Of a DNA stretch of 64,000 bases, positions 1 to 8,866 are shown piece by piece. Positions within the stretch are counted from its first letter, which is position 1, and every line of letters starts with the position of its first letter. The notes under the pieces were generated by a model. That model worked only from the letters and a program-made list of their open reading frames with translations. It did not search any database and had not been told where the DNA came from. This stretch comes from an uncultured Gammaproteobacteria bacterium (GTDB lineage Bacteria > Patescibacteriota > Microgenomatia > Levybacterales > UBA12049): contig CAZAZU010000002.1 of NCBI GenBank assembly GCA_964490105.1, positions 12,751 through 76,750 on the forward strand. Direction: 5' to 3'. The translations under genes and the position numbers were made by a program.

Positions 1-121
1 ATTACGATAGGAAATTTAAATGGCCCTCTAACACCTTATCTTGATACTTATAATAAAATAGTTACCTCTTTTAAATTCATTGACCTCACACTTTCCTGCA
101 CGCCAAGACCAAGCTGTCTAG

Positions 122-784
122 ATGCAACACCAGCTTGCAAAATTCCGGAAACTGAAGACATGTGTCCACCAAGTCCTACACCTTTTAACTAATATGGAAA
201 CTCAAAATAATAATCAAATCAATACTAGTCCTAAAAATTTAAAATTACTTTTAATTCCTATAATTTTAATCGCAATAATCGCGATTGGAGTCTTAGGATT
301 TTTTATATTTAATAAAAATAAATCTGTAGATGATCCGCAGTTTATTGACGATAAAGAAAAAGAACAGATCCAGAGAAATTCAATCCCGGGATCCGCAGAG
401 TTCGAAAAAGAAGGAGTTATTTTTTCATATCCGTCTGATTACAAGTTAAATGAGCTAGAGAAGGGATATTATGTAGTTTATAAAAAAAGCACCAGTATTC
501 CAGGCGAGGCTGGAATAAATATAGATACTAGACGCCAAGGCGATAATTCAAAATATAATGAGGCAGTTCAGGCTGGAAGAGATAGTTTGTTAGAGCCTAA
601 AGAAAAAGAAATTCCAGGAGGAGTAAAAATGTACGGCACTATAAAAGAAGGCATTGGTGAAGGAATTCCCACGCTTTATGTTTTCTTAAAATATGATTCT
701 GGTGCTATAAAAATAGAACATTCGGGCGAGATTCTTAATGAAGCAGTATTTGACCGAGTGGTAAATAGTATAAAATTTAATTAA
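122..784 (+). CDS. hypothetical membrane-anchored protein (N-terminal TM helix, then soluble domain)
   Basis: 220-aa ORF. Hydrophobic stretch LLLIPIILIAIIAIGVLGFFIF near the N-terminus. No recognisable catalytic motif. Confidence 0.4.
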   Translation: MQHQLAKFRKLKTCVHQVLHLLTNMETQNNNQINTSPKNLKLLLIPIILIAIIAIGVLGFFIFNKNKSVDDPQFIDDKEKEQIQRNSIPGSAEFEKEGVIFSYPSDYKLNELEKGYYVVYKKSTSIPGEAGINIDTRRQGDNSKYNEAVQAGRDSLLEPKEKEIPGGVKMYGTIKEGIGEGIPTLYVFLKYDSGAIKIEHSGEILNEAVFDRVVNSIKFN

Positions 785-2481
785 TGGATAATAATCAAAC
801 TCCTTTAAAAGCAGAAACTGTACAAGATGCTTCTGAGCCAACCAATAACGTTCCGTCTTCTTTCCCTACCCCGGCTCACCCCACTCCCCGATTTTTATCA
901 AGAAAAGGAGCCATTATCGCCTTGGGTTTTATCGCTTTATCTTTTCTAGCTGCGTTTATTGCAGGTGGATTTATGCTTGGGAAAAATCAACCCAACTCTT
1001 CTAAGGACACATCAACTGTTAGTCCTGCCAAGACATCGATAAGTGAAGCTCAGGACTTTTTTCTTTTCTCAATTCCGAAACCATTAGAAAAACTTACAAT
1101 AAATGATTTACCGAATAATCAATATATAGAAAATGCCGTAATGATCGGAGATAGTCTTTGGTTTTCAGGTAGCGGATCTGTAATGGAATACGATACAAAA
1201 AAAGGCAGCATTATCGGGTATTCAAATCCCAGAAAAAGCTATTGCACTGTAGATATCGTGTTTACAAATGGAAATATTTTTACTCCTTGCCGTATAAAAA
1301 ATTATAATCTAGAAAAATTTAGCGCTGATGAAAGTCCATATGACTCAGGATTTGTAATTCTCCAAATAGATCCAAAGACTCATAAATTATTAAAAATATT
1401 CGGCAAAAAAGAAGGCCTTTTAAGTAATAATAATTACGATATCCACGCTGATGGAGACTATATATGGATTGAAACATTTGATGGTATTGGAAGAATTAAT
1501 TCGAAAACTGGAAAAGTCGATTACTACAAAGACTCTCTTGGCTTAAATGCATCTGGAGGAATAAACGTAAATCACATTATGGTCGATAAAGACTATGTTT
1601 GGGCGAATGCTGTTGCAAGTGCAGATGCAACTGGTGCGATGCTTAAGTTTGATAAAAAAACGAACAAGTGGACTGCGTATAGCTTGGCTGATCTTATGGA
1701 ATATGGAGGAAATCGATTTGATCTTGAGTCGAGTGATACAGGTTTTTCAGCAAAATTTATTCCTGGAGGTATTCAAATAGCATTTCGCGATGGAACAATA
1801 AATGGCATCTACGACAGACTTGTTGAAAAACAATACATTTATACAACTAACAAATGGACAAAGATTAACGAAGAACCTCTTACGGGAGAGTACTATGAAG
1901 CAGCAAGGAAAAAGTTAAGCTCAACTTATCCAAATACAGAAAGCCAATTTACTTTCAGAGATGAGAATAGACTAACTCAGATTAAAATGCCAGGAACCAA
2001 TCAAACATATCTACTGGACGGAAGAGACAACCTCATACTTTCCGAAATGGTAAACGATAAAAGATATGTCCTAACTACTGGCTCTATTGATTTGATAGAT
2101 AACACATATCCCTTCAGACAATTGTTAATTAAAATTCCCGGAGGAATACTTTCTGATATATATTCTGTTAGTCCTCTTGCAGAAGGTGGTGTTGTCAATT
2201 TACTTATTGATGCATCTACAGAACAAGCACTTCTGGTAGATTCTGCATGCGCAGGGATGGGTTGCGGCGAAGGTAGAAAAATCTGGCTCATAGACTTAAA
2301 GAATAAAAAAATAATAAAAACTTTTGATCAGAATGATTCTGATATTCCAGATGGCACGACACTTTTAACTGAAATGACTATGAAAAAAGATGGAGAAATT
2401 TTGAGAGTTTATAATAAAGAAAATAAAGAAATTTTAAATATCAATCTAAGTACAATAAAGTTATCTAAAACAAACACTTAA
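784..2481 (+). CDS. hypothetical membrane-anchored protein with beta-propeller-like extracytoplasmic domain
   Basis: 565-aa ORF. ~40-aa cytoplasmic N-terminus, single TM (IIALGFIALSFLAAFIAGGFML), then repeats of the type G.YIWI.T.DGIGRIN.KTG resembling Reg_prop/Y_Y_Y propeller repeats. Start overlaps the stop of the upstream ORF (translational coupling). Confidence 0.45.
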   Translation: MDNNQTPLKAETVQDASEPTNNVPSSFPTPAHPTPRFLSRKGAIIALGFIALSFLAAFIAGGFMLGKNQPNSSKDTSTVSPAKTSISEAQDFFLFSIPKPLEKLTINDLPNNQYIENAVMIGDSLWFSGSGSVMEYDTKKGSIIGYSNPRKSYCTVDIVFTNGNIFTPCRIKNYNLEKFSADESPYDSGFVILQIDPKTHKLLKIFGKKEGLLSNNNYDIHADGDYIWIETFDGIGRINSKTGKVDYYKDSLGLNASGGINVNHIMVDKDYVWANAVASADATGAMLKFDKKTNKWTAYSLADLMEYGGNRFDLESSDTGFSAKFIPGGIQIAFRDGTINGIYDRLVEKQYIYTTNKWTKINEEPLTGEYYEAARKKLSSTYPNTESQFTFRDENRLTQIKMPGTNQTYLLDGRDNLILSEMVNDKRYVLTTGSIDLIDNTYPFRQLLIKIPGGILSDIYSVSPLAEGGVVNLLIDASTEQALLVDSACAGMGCGEGRKIWLIDLKNKKIIKTFDQNDSDIPDGTTLLTEMTMKKDGEILRVYNKENKEILNINLSTIKLSKTNT

Positions 2482-2580
2482 TTAGGCACCTGTGGTTCCT
2501 TTTTTTTATTAATATCCTCTAGCTTCCATGCTGCAAAATCACAATTTGGCCTGTCCGCCAGAACTCCGTTCAGGCAAAAG

Positions 2581-4587
2581 TTAAATTGCTTGAACAGGTT
2601 GTTCTTTTTTAATATCTTCGAGCTTCCACGCCGCAAATGTGCAGGCGGGATAATTACCACAGCCGTAGAAACGTCGACCCTTTTTAGTTTTTTTAATTAC
2701 TATTTTCCCCCCGTCTTTAGGACATAAAATGTCTGTTTCCTGGGTAAATGGCGCCGTATATTTACAATCTGGAAATCGGGAACATGATAGGAATTTCCCA
2801 AATCTCCCAGATCTAACCACCACATCTCCTTCGTGACATGTCGGACACTTCTCCCCTGTTCCTTCTGTTTCGATTTTTACTCTCTTGGCATCCTTAACCA
2901 AACCCAAACTTTTTTCAAACGGACCGTAGAATTCTTTCATAACAGGAACCCATTCTTTTTTGCCTTCTGCGATTAAATCTAATTCATCTTCCATATTCGC
3001 AGTAAATGGAATATCATCGACTGTGGAAAAATTTTCCACCAAAAAATCATTCACTGCTTCTCCTACAGGATTTGGCTTAAATTTACTTTCTTCGCGTTCA
3101 ATATAACCACGTGCTTCAATGGTCGAAATAATCGTCGCATACGTAGACGGACGTCCAATTCCTTTTTCCTCAAGAGTTTTAATAATTGAAGCATCATTAT
3201 ATCTAGGAGGGGGTAAAGTCTCATGAAACTCAGACGCAGATGATGAATAATTCAAGCTTTCTGCTGCGACAAATTCAGGTAAACGCTTATCTTCAAGCGC
3301 TGCAGGATTAATTTTTAAAAACCCTTCAAAAATTAAAACTGATCCATTTGCTTTTAATGTATATGCGCCTTTCCCTGCGTCTACCATTACGACTGTGGAT
3401 TCCGTTATCGCATCTGCCATTTGAGTAGCGAGTGCTCTTCTCCAAATAAGCTCATAGAGTTTTCCAAATTGTGGTCCTAAATTTTGGGAAACTTGAGCGC
3501 CACTGACAGTTATTTTAGATGGTCTGATTGCTTCGTGAGCTTCTTGTGCATTTTTAGAATTATTTTTATAAAATCGTGGTTTTTCGGCTAAATATTTTTC
3601 CCCAAACTCAGATCTAACATAATCACTCATCTGTTTTTTTGCTGCGTCTCCAATACTCACAGAGTCGGTTCTGTGATATGTGATATAACCTTCTTCATAT
3701 AATTTTTGCGCAACACTCATAGTCCTCTTTCCAGACAACCCCATTCTGCGAGCTCCATCCTGCTGAAGAGTAGAAGTCGTATAAGGAGGCGGCGGAGTTC
3801 TTCTCATTTGTTTGTTTGTAACATCTTTTACCACATATCCAATTTCTTTTAATTCATTTTCAATCTGCTTTGCCTTTTCCAAAGAATCGATTACAGTTTT
3901 TACAAATTTATATTCTCCATCATAAAGCTCCAGCTTTTGACTGACTTCAATTCTATCTCCGTTAATTTCTATTAATTCAAATGGAGTTTCGTTGCTTCCT
4001 TTTTTTAGATTTACAACTATTGTGTAGTATGGTTCTTTTTTAAATTTCTCTATCTCTCTTTCGCGCTCAACTATCAAACGAAGAGCTACGGACTGAACTC
4101 GGCCAGCTGAAAGTCCTCTGCGAACCTTAGACCAAAGTAAAGGTGATAATTTATATCCTACTAAGCGATCGAGAATTCTTCGCGCCGTTTGTGCATCAAC
4201 TAAGTCCTTATTAATTTTTTTAGGATTCGCTAAAGCCTCATCAATTGCCTCTTTAGTAATTTCGTGGAAAACAATTCTTTCAGCATCCTTTTTACCTATG
4301 TTATTTGCTATGTGATATGCGATCGCTTCTCCTTCTCTATCCAAATCAGTTGCGAGAATAACTCTTGTGGCATTTTTAGAAGCTCGTTTTAACTGATCAA
4401 GAGTTTTCTTTTTCTCTGTCATCAATTCGTACGCAGGTTCAAAATCTTTCTCTACATTAACGCCAAGTGTTGACTTAGGTAAATCATAAATATGACCCAT
4501 GGAAGCTATAACTTCATAATCTGGCCCTAAAAAACGACCGATCGTTCTGGCCTTTGTAGGCGATTCAACTATTACTAAATTTTTCAT
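2581..4587 (-). CDS. topA: DNA topoisomerase I
   Basis: N-terminus MKNLVIVESPTKARTIGRFLG...ASMGHIYDLP (Toprim), a central catalytic region containing a Tyr, and a C-terminal Cys4 zinc-ribbon (CPTCHEGDVV...CSRFPDCKY and CPKDGG...YGCGNYPAC). Confidence 0.9.
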   Translation of the reverse strand: MKNLVIVESPTKARTIGRFLGPDYEVIASMGHIYDLPKSTLGVNVEKDFEPAYELMTEKKKTLDQLKRASKNATRVILATDLDREGEAIAYHIANNIGKKDAERIVFHEITKEAIDEALANPKKINKDLVDAQTARRILDRLVGYKLSPLLWSKVRRGLSAGRVQSVALRLIVEREREIEKFKKEPYYTIVVNLKKGSNETPFELIEINGDRIEVSQKLELYDGEYKFVKTVIDSLEKAKQIENELKEIGYVVKDVTNKQMRRTPPPPYTTSTLQQDGARRMGLSGKRTMSVAQKLYEEGYITYHRTDSVSIGDAAKKQMSDYVRSEFGEKYLAEKPRFYKNNSKNAQEAHEAIRPSKITVSGAQVSQNLGPQFGKLYELIWRRALATQMADAITESTVVMVDAGKGAYTLKANGSVLIFEGFLKINPAALEDKRLPEFVAAESLNYSSSASEFHETLPPPRYNDASIIKTLEEKGIGRPSTYATIISTIEARGYIEREESKFKPNPVGEAVNDFLVENFSTVDDIPFTANMEDELDLIAEGKKEWVPVMKEFYGPFEKSLGLVKDAKRVKIETEGTGEKCPTCHEGDVVVRSGRFGKFLSCSRFPDCKYTAPFTQETDILCPKDGGKIVIKKTKKGRRFYGCGNYPACTFAAWKLEDIKKEQPVQAI

Positions 4588-4659
4588 AATTTTATTTTCG
4601 GCAATTTACAGTGTAGTTTAAATCATACCATCCCTGTCAAGGGACGAGGAATCTGAAGA

Positions 4660-5274
4660 CTATCTCATTATCGCTCGACCTTCTAAGTAGGCGTCCAATT
4701 CATCAGGCGTATGATCATAGTCAATTCTTAACGCCGGATCGCTAGTTATGTCGCTAATCTTAACAGCTCCTATGTACGACTTATCCCGAGCCGAAGTTGT
4801 TGCTCTTAAGTACTCAGCAAAATTTTCCTCAGTCAAAGGGATAAAACCATCTCGAATTAGGGCTTCAGCAACTGGATGATCTGCTACAGATCCGCTTGTC
4901 AGTGTAATTCCTTGGTGAATTAAACCGGTTTGTGGATTAACAAATTGACCAAAAGACTCATCTGCTAAGAATTGATTACCCTCTATATCGAGAATATTAA
5001 ATCCATGTTGAAATGAATCGCGATGATTTCCGCCTAACTTTCCATGAATATCCATAACCTGATAAGTGTGTGCTTCAAACCCATCAACCTCTGCGGCCCG
5101 CCTAACTAAGTCCGATGCAAACCCGCAGTAACCTGTTCTAGCTCCAGCTGTCCTAGGAGACATACCATCTTTATTTAATACAAATTCAACTCTCTGGATA
5201 ACTCTAGCTACAGATGCCTCAGCTAACTCATGGGCACTCGGCCCACTGGAACCCTCCACTCTTAAATCCGTCAT
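4660..5274 (-). CDS. arylamine N-acetyltransferase (NAT)-like protein, shortened form
   Basis: 204 aa. Cys50 in RTGYCGF (cf. NAT RGGYCFE). His90 lies 40 aa later in QHGFNILDIEGNQFLADESFGQ, which aligns to the NAT core HLLLQVTIDGRNYIVDAGFG. Asp105 is 15 aa after the His. This gives NAT-type C/H/D spacing. Visibly higher GC than flanking genes. Confidence 0.4.
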   Translation of the reverse strand: MTDLRVEGSSGPSAHELAEASVARVIQRVEFVLNKDGMSPRTAGARTGYCGFASDLVRRAAEVDGFEAHTYQVMDIHGKLGGNHRDSFQHGFNILDIEGNQFLADESFGQFVNPQTGLIHQGITLTSGSVADHPVAEALIRDGFIPLTEENFAEYLRATTSARDKSYIGAVKISDITSDPALRIDYDHTPDELDAYLEGRAIMR

Positions 5275-5379
5275 AAAATTATTATAACATTCTGATCTAA
5301 AGATAAAGCAGCTGATATTTTAATTAATTCCTTATCTCTACCGTTGACACAGGTGAAATCTTTTGAAATACTACACGTC

Positions 5380-5469
5380 ATGAATATAGATAAATCTTTA
5401 ATTAAAAAAATAATTATTTTTGTAGGAATTGTAGTGGTATTTGGATTATTTCAAATATTAACTAGCTAA
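5380..5469 (+). CDS. possible 29-aa single-TM small protein
   Basis: ATG at 5380, stop at 5467-5469. Peptide MNIDKSLIKKIIIFVGIVVVFGLFQILTS. Preceded by TTGACA(5344)-17nt-AAATAC. Lies between two minus-strand genes. Too short for the ORF track. Confidence 0.2.
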   Translation: MNIDKSLIKKIIIFVGIVVVFGLFQILTS

Positions 5470-5494
5470 TTATCAGCTAATTTCCAAATCAAAA

Positions 5495-6583
5495 TTATAA
5501 AACGACTGAATAATTTCCTCCTGAGTTTTTTATAACACCTCTCATTTCCATCATTGATAAGATAGTCCCGACTCTTGACGGATCCAATTTCAAACTCCTG
5601 ACTATTTCATCAAAACTTAAAGACTCATTTTCAATTAATTCCACGATCTTTCGCTCCTCTAAATTCAGACTTTCATACTTTTTCTTGTTTTTCCTTAACT
5701 CATGATTCTTGATTCCTAATTCACGCATTATGTCTTCTGATGTAACTACTAATTTCGCGCCTTTTTCAATTAGTTTAAGCGGCGCGGCTGATAATGAGCT
5801 GGTAATGGGACCTGGAACTGCGAACACTTTTCTGCCAAATTCGAGGCCAAAATTAGCAGTTATCAGGCTTCCGGAATCACTGGCTCCTTCTGTAACGAGT
5901 ATACCGTCACTAATCCCTGCCACTATTCTATTTCTAGCTGGAAAACTTCCAATTGAAGGTTTTTCACCCGGTGGATATTCAGAGATAATTGCTCCGCCTT
6001 CTGAAATAATACGATCGTAAACTTTTTGATTCTCTCTGGGAAAACAAATGTCCACTCCATTTCCCATTACTGCAACTGTAATTCCGTGAGAATCCAAACA
6101 CGCAGTATGCGCTAAAGAATCCACTCCAATTGCAAGTCCAGATACTATTATTAAGCCTTGTTCGGCTAGTTCTCCTGCAAACATTTTAGTAATACTTTTT
6201 CCATAACTCGTGATCTTCCTTGTGCCTACTATGGCCAAAAATTTTTGCTCAGAATTAAGACCCAGTTTTCCTTTTGAGTACAAAATTATTGGAGGATTTT
6301 TTATGGTTTTTAAACGTTTGGGATATGATTTTTCGAATGAACAAATATAGGAAATTTTTTGCTTAGTTAAATTCTCTTCATATCTCTCCATTTCAAAAGT
6401 TTTTCGAAAAACTTCAAACTTAACAGTGAGTTTTTCACCCAGTATTTGTTTTAAAGCCAAACTTGAAGCATTCCAGGCATCTTTTGCAGATCCAAATTCT
6501 CGAATTATTTTTTCAAACTTAATTGGCCCTACTCCTGGAAAATTAGAAAAAGCTAAATAATATTTCTTTTCATTATTTGACAT
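5495..6583 (-). CDS. dprA: DNA processing protein DprA (Smf)
   Basis: Rossmann-like core LAIVGTRKITSYGK...IVSGLAIGVDSLAHTACL...TVAVMGNGVDICFP..GAIISEYPPG. C-terminal winged-helix-like tail. Start taken at the internal Met (MSNNEKKYYLAF), which avoids a 5' overlap. Confidence 0.85.
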   Translation of the reverse strand: MSNNEKKYYLAFSNFPGVGPIKFEKIIREFGSAKDAWNASSLALKQILGEKLTVKFEVFRKTFEMERYEENLTKQKISYICSFEKSYPKRLKTIKNPPIILYSKGKLGLNSEQKFLAIVGTRKITSYGKSITKMFAGELAEQGLIIVSGLAIGVDSLAHTACLDSHGITVAVMGNGVDICFPRENQKVYDRIISEGGAIISEYPPGEKPSIGSFPARNRIVAGISDGILVTEGASDSGSLITANFGLEFGRKVFAVPGPITSSLSAAPLKLIEKGAKLVVTSEDIMRELGIKNHELRKNKKKYESLNLEERKIVELIENESLSFDEIVRSLKLDPSRVGTILSMMEMRGVIKNSGGNYSVVL

Positions 6584-6615
6584 TACTAATCTCAATGTAT
6601 AAAATGCAGGCTCAA

Positions 6616-8247
6616 ATGACAACAACAAAGAAGTTTTTCGGAGTTTTTATTTTTATAATCCTTTTACTAGGTCTTGGAATCTTCACAGCTAAAGCTAATT
6701 CTCAAACCTCAATTGAAAAAGAACCAGAACCAAATTCATACGTAAGTGAAAATATTGAGGATGAAATTAATTATGAACCTGAGCTTGTGCCATTTGAACC
6801 ATCAGGCACCAATAATCCTACTGTATTAGAAAACCAAAAACCCGGAAGCGCTAATTGGAATTTAAAAAACGGAGGATATCAATCTTCAGATGATTCAAAT
6901 AATCAAATAAAAGGTTATGCGAATAAAACAAGTGTTAATAAAGGTGCTTCAATTGATTTTAAGGTAACAGTTAATCCAGCACAGAATTTTACAATGGAAA
7001 TTTATAGAATCGGATGGTACCAAGGCCTCGGAGGACGGCTTATGAAATCCGTAGGACCAATTTCCGGAAAAAAACAACCAGGATGCCCTATGGACTCCAA
7101 AGGAATGGTTGAGTGCAAATGGACTACTTCATATACATTAGATATTCCTAATGATTGGGTATCTGGCGCATACCTTGTAAAACTAATGAACAGTAAAGGC
7201 TACTCTAACTGGATAAATTTTACTCTTAGAGATGACGAAAGAGCTTCTGATATTTTATTTCAAAATTCCGTAAACACTTGGCAAGCATATAACGATTGGG
7301 GTGGCAGAAGTTTTTATACAAATCCGGCTGCTGTAAAAATTTCATTTGATAGACCCTATAAAAAATACGGAACCCGCCTTACCAGCTGGGAACTTAATAT
7401 GATCCATTTCCTGGAAAAAAATGGATATGATGTTACATATAATACAAATGTTGATACTGATAATAGACCTGAAACATTACTAAACCATAAAGCGTTTCTT
7501 TCAGTAGGTCATGATGAATACTGGACATGGGAAATGCGGGATTCTGTAGAAAATGCAATAAAAAATGGAGTAAATGTCGCTTTTTTTGGAGGAAATGATG
7601 CTTATTGGCAGGTTAGATATGAAAAATCTTCAGGAGGTGCGGTAAACCGCGTGCTTGTAGGATACAAATATAAATATCAAAGTGACCCATTTTATTCTTC
7701 AACGGACCCTGAAAAAAGAAGAAGAACAACTGGACAGTTCAGATACTCAGTTTCCGGAAGACCAGAACAAAAAATGATAGGTACCATGTACGGCAGAAAT
7801 CTAGGAACTCATGATAATAATCTTCCTTGGACAGTTCAGAATGAAAATCATTGGATTTATGAAGGTACAGGACTCCGGAATGGAGATAGAATTCCAAATG
7901 TTTACGGATATGAATACAACACAGTCTACTCGGGATATCCAAAAGCTAATGGTGGACAATATACAGTTCTTTCAAAAACTAACAGCTCTCCTGATGCTTA
8001 TTCTACTATTTATAAAGCACCTTCTGGGGCTTTCGTATTCTCAGCAGGTACTACAGACTGGAGCTGGCTACTTGATAAGAGAAAGAATTATAATTTTATA
8101 AATCCGAAAGCGATTGCAATTACAAAAAATATTTTAAATAAATTTGTGGGGATAATTGTAACGCCAACACCTCAACAAACCTTAACTCCAACTCATCCAC
8201 CAACTTTGTCTCCAAGCTTAACCCTTAACCCGATTCCAACGCCATAA
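6616..8247 (+). CDS. secreted hypothetical protein with C-terminal Pro/Thr-rich tail (possible N,N-dimethylformamidase-beta-like family)
   Basis: Signal/anchor FFGVFIFIILLLGLGIFTAKA. The motif FTMEIYRIGWYQGLGGR recalls the Ig-like N-domain of the DUF6605/dimethylformamidase large-subunit family. Tail TPTPQQTLTPTHPPTLSPSLTLNPIPTP. Start chosen at MTTTKK to avoid overlap with dprA. Confidence 0.45.
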   Translation: MTTTKKFFGVFIFIILLLGLGIFTAKANSQTSIEKEPEPNSYVSENIEDEINYEPELVPFEPSGTNNPTVLENQKPGSANWNLKNGGYQSSDDSNNQIKGYANKTSVNKGASIDFKVTVNPAQNFTMEIYRIGWYQGLGGRLMKSVGPISGKKQPGCPMDSKGMVECKWTTSYTLDIPNDWVSGAYLVKLMNSKGYSNWINFTLRDDERASDILFQNSVNTWQAYNDWGGRSFYTNPAAVKISFDRPYKKYGTRLTSWELNMIHFLEKNGYDVTYNTNVDTDNRPETLLNHKAFLSVGHDEYWTWEMRDSVENAIKNGVNVAFFGGNDAYWQVRYEKSSGGAVNRVLVGYKYKYQSDPFYSSTDPEKRRRTTGQFRYSVSGRPEQKMIGTMYGRNLGTHDNNLPWTVQNENHWIYEGTGLRNGDRIPNVYGYEYNTVYSGYPKANGGQYTVLSKTNSSPDAYSTIYKAPSGAFVFSAGTTDWSWLLDKRKNYNFINPKAIAITKNILNKFVGIIVTPTPQQTLTPTHPPTLSPSLTLNPIPTP

Positions 8248-8255
8248 GATTGTAT

Positions 8256-8284
8256 TGACAATCTAAATGCTAAGTAGTATTATT
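8256..8284 (+). promoter_or_regulatory. sigma70-like promoter (TTGACA-17-TATTAT) upstream of the 8410 ORF
   Basis: ttgacaatctaaatgctaagtagtattat at 8256-8284. Followed by a ~125-nt GC-rich untranslated stretch containing stops in all frames. Confidence 0.4.
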
Positions 8285-8409
8285 CCGCCTTATGACTGAT
8301 CGAGGAGCACCAACACCAAGAGACGAAGCAAGCCCCGTTAACAACACTAGGAGCTAAAGTAAATAGACTAGCTAACGTTGCCCCGGAAGGCCCTCATCCA
8401 ATTAATTTA

Positions 8410-8862
8410 ATGCGGGATGTTAGGGAAATTGTTGGCTACTTAGACCGAGTTCTTTCACCTTTACCATTACATGAACCACGAGCAAGTCAAACAGCGAGAG
8501 TTGGAGATCAAATTGCTTTAAAAAAAGGCATCAGCGATGACTCGTTTGTTGTTGAACTATGGCCTGCATTACCAACCCCACCTGCAAACCCTGTTTATCC
8601 GACTGATATTATCGATCAGACTAAAGTAACCAGAATTAGATATAGCTCACATAAATATCCGGATGGAGTTGGGTTTATAAAGATAGATTCGGCAGAAGTG
8701 ATTGGACATTCTCATGATGTTGAAATCCCTAATAGAAAAATGTCACTGATAACTCAACATGCAATTCCCCTATTTAGAAGGCCAAACGAGGATAGAAAAT
8801 GGAGACTTAAAGCTAAAGCAGAATTGGGCCACGATATTAGGGATCCTAGATTTAGAACTTAA
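8410..8862 (+). CDS. hypothetical protein (GC-rich)
   Basis: 150-aa ORF with no recognisable motif. Composition richer in GC than its neighbours. Confidence 0.35.
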   Translation: MRDVREIVGYLDRVLSPLPLHEPRASQTARVGDQIALKKGISDDSFVVELWPALPTPPANPVYPTDIIDQTKVTRIRYSSHKYPDGVGFIKIDSAEVIGHSHDVEIPNRKMSLITQHAIPLFRRPNEDRKWRLKAKAELGHDIRDPRFRT

Positions 8863-8866
8863 CCAA

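Noticed and set aside
1595-2291. Small ORFs inside and antisense to the 565-aa gene (1595-1780 plus, 2001-2291 minus). The same pattern was seen with 5709-6020, 7739-8101, 9274-9495, 9943-10140, 11534-11716, 12254-12517, 12905-13438, 20317-21092, 26040-26945 and 29461-29652 from the supplied ORF track.
   Set aside because: Each is fully nested in a longer ORF with recognisable protein motifs on the other frame or strand. No independent signals are present.
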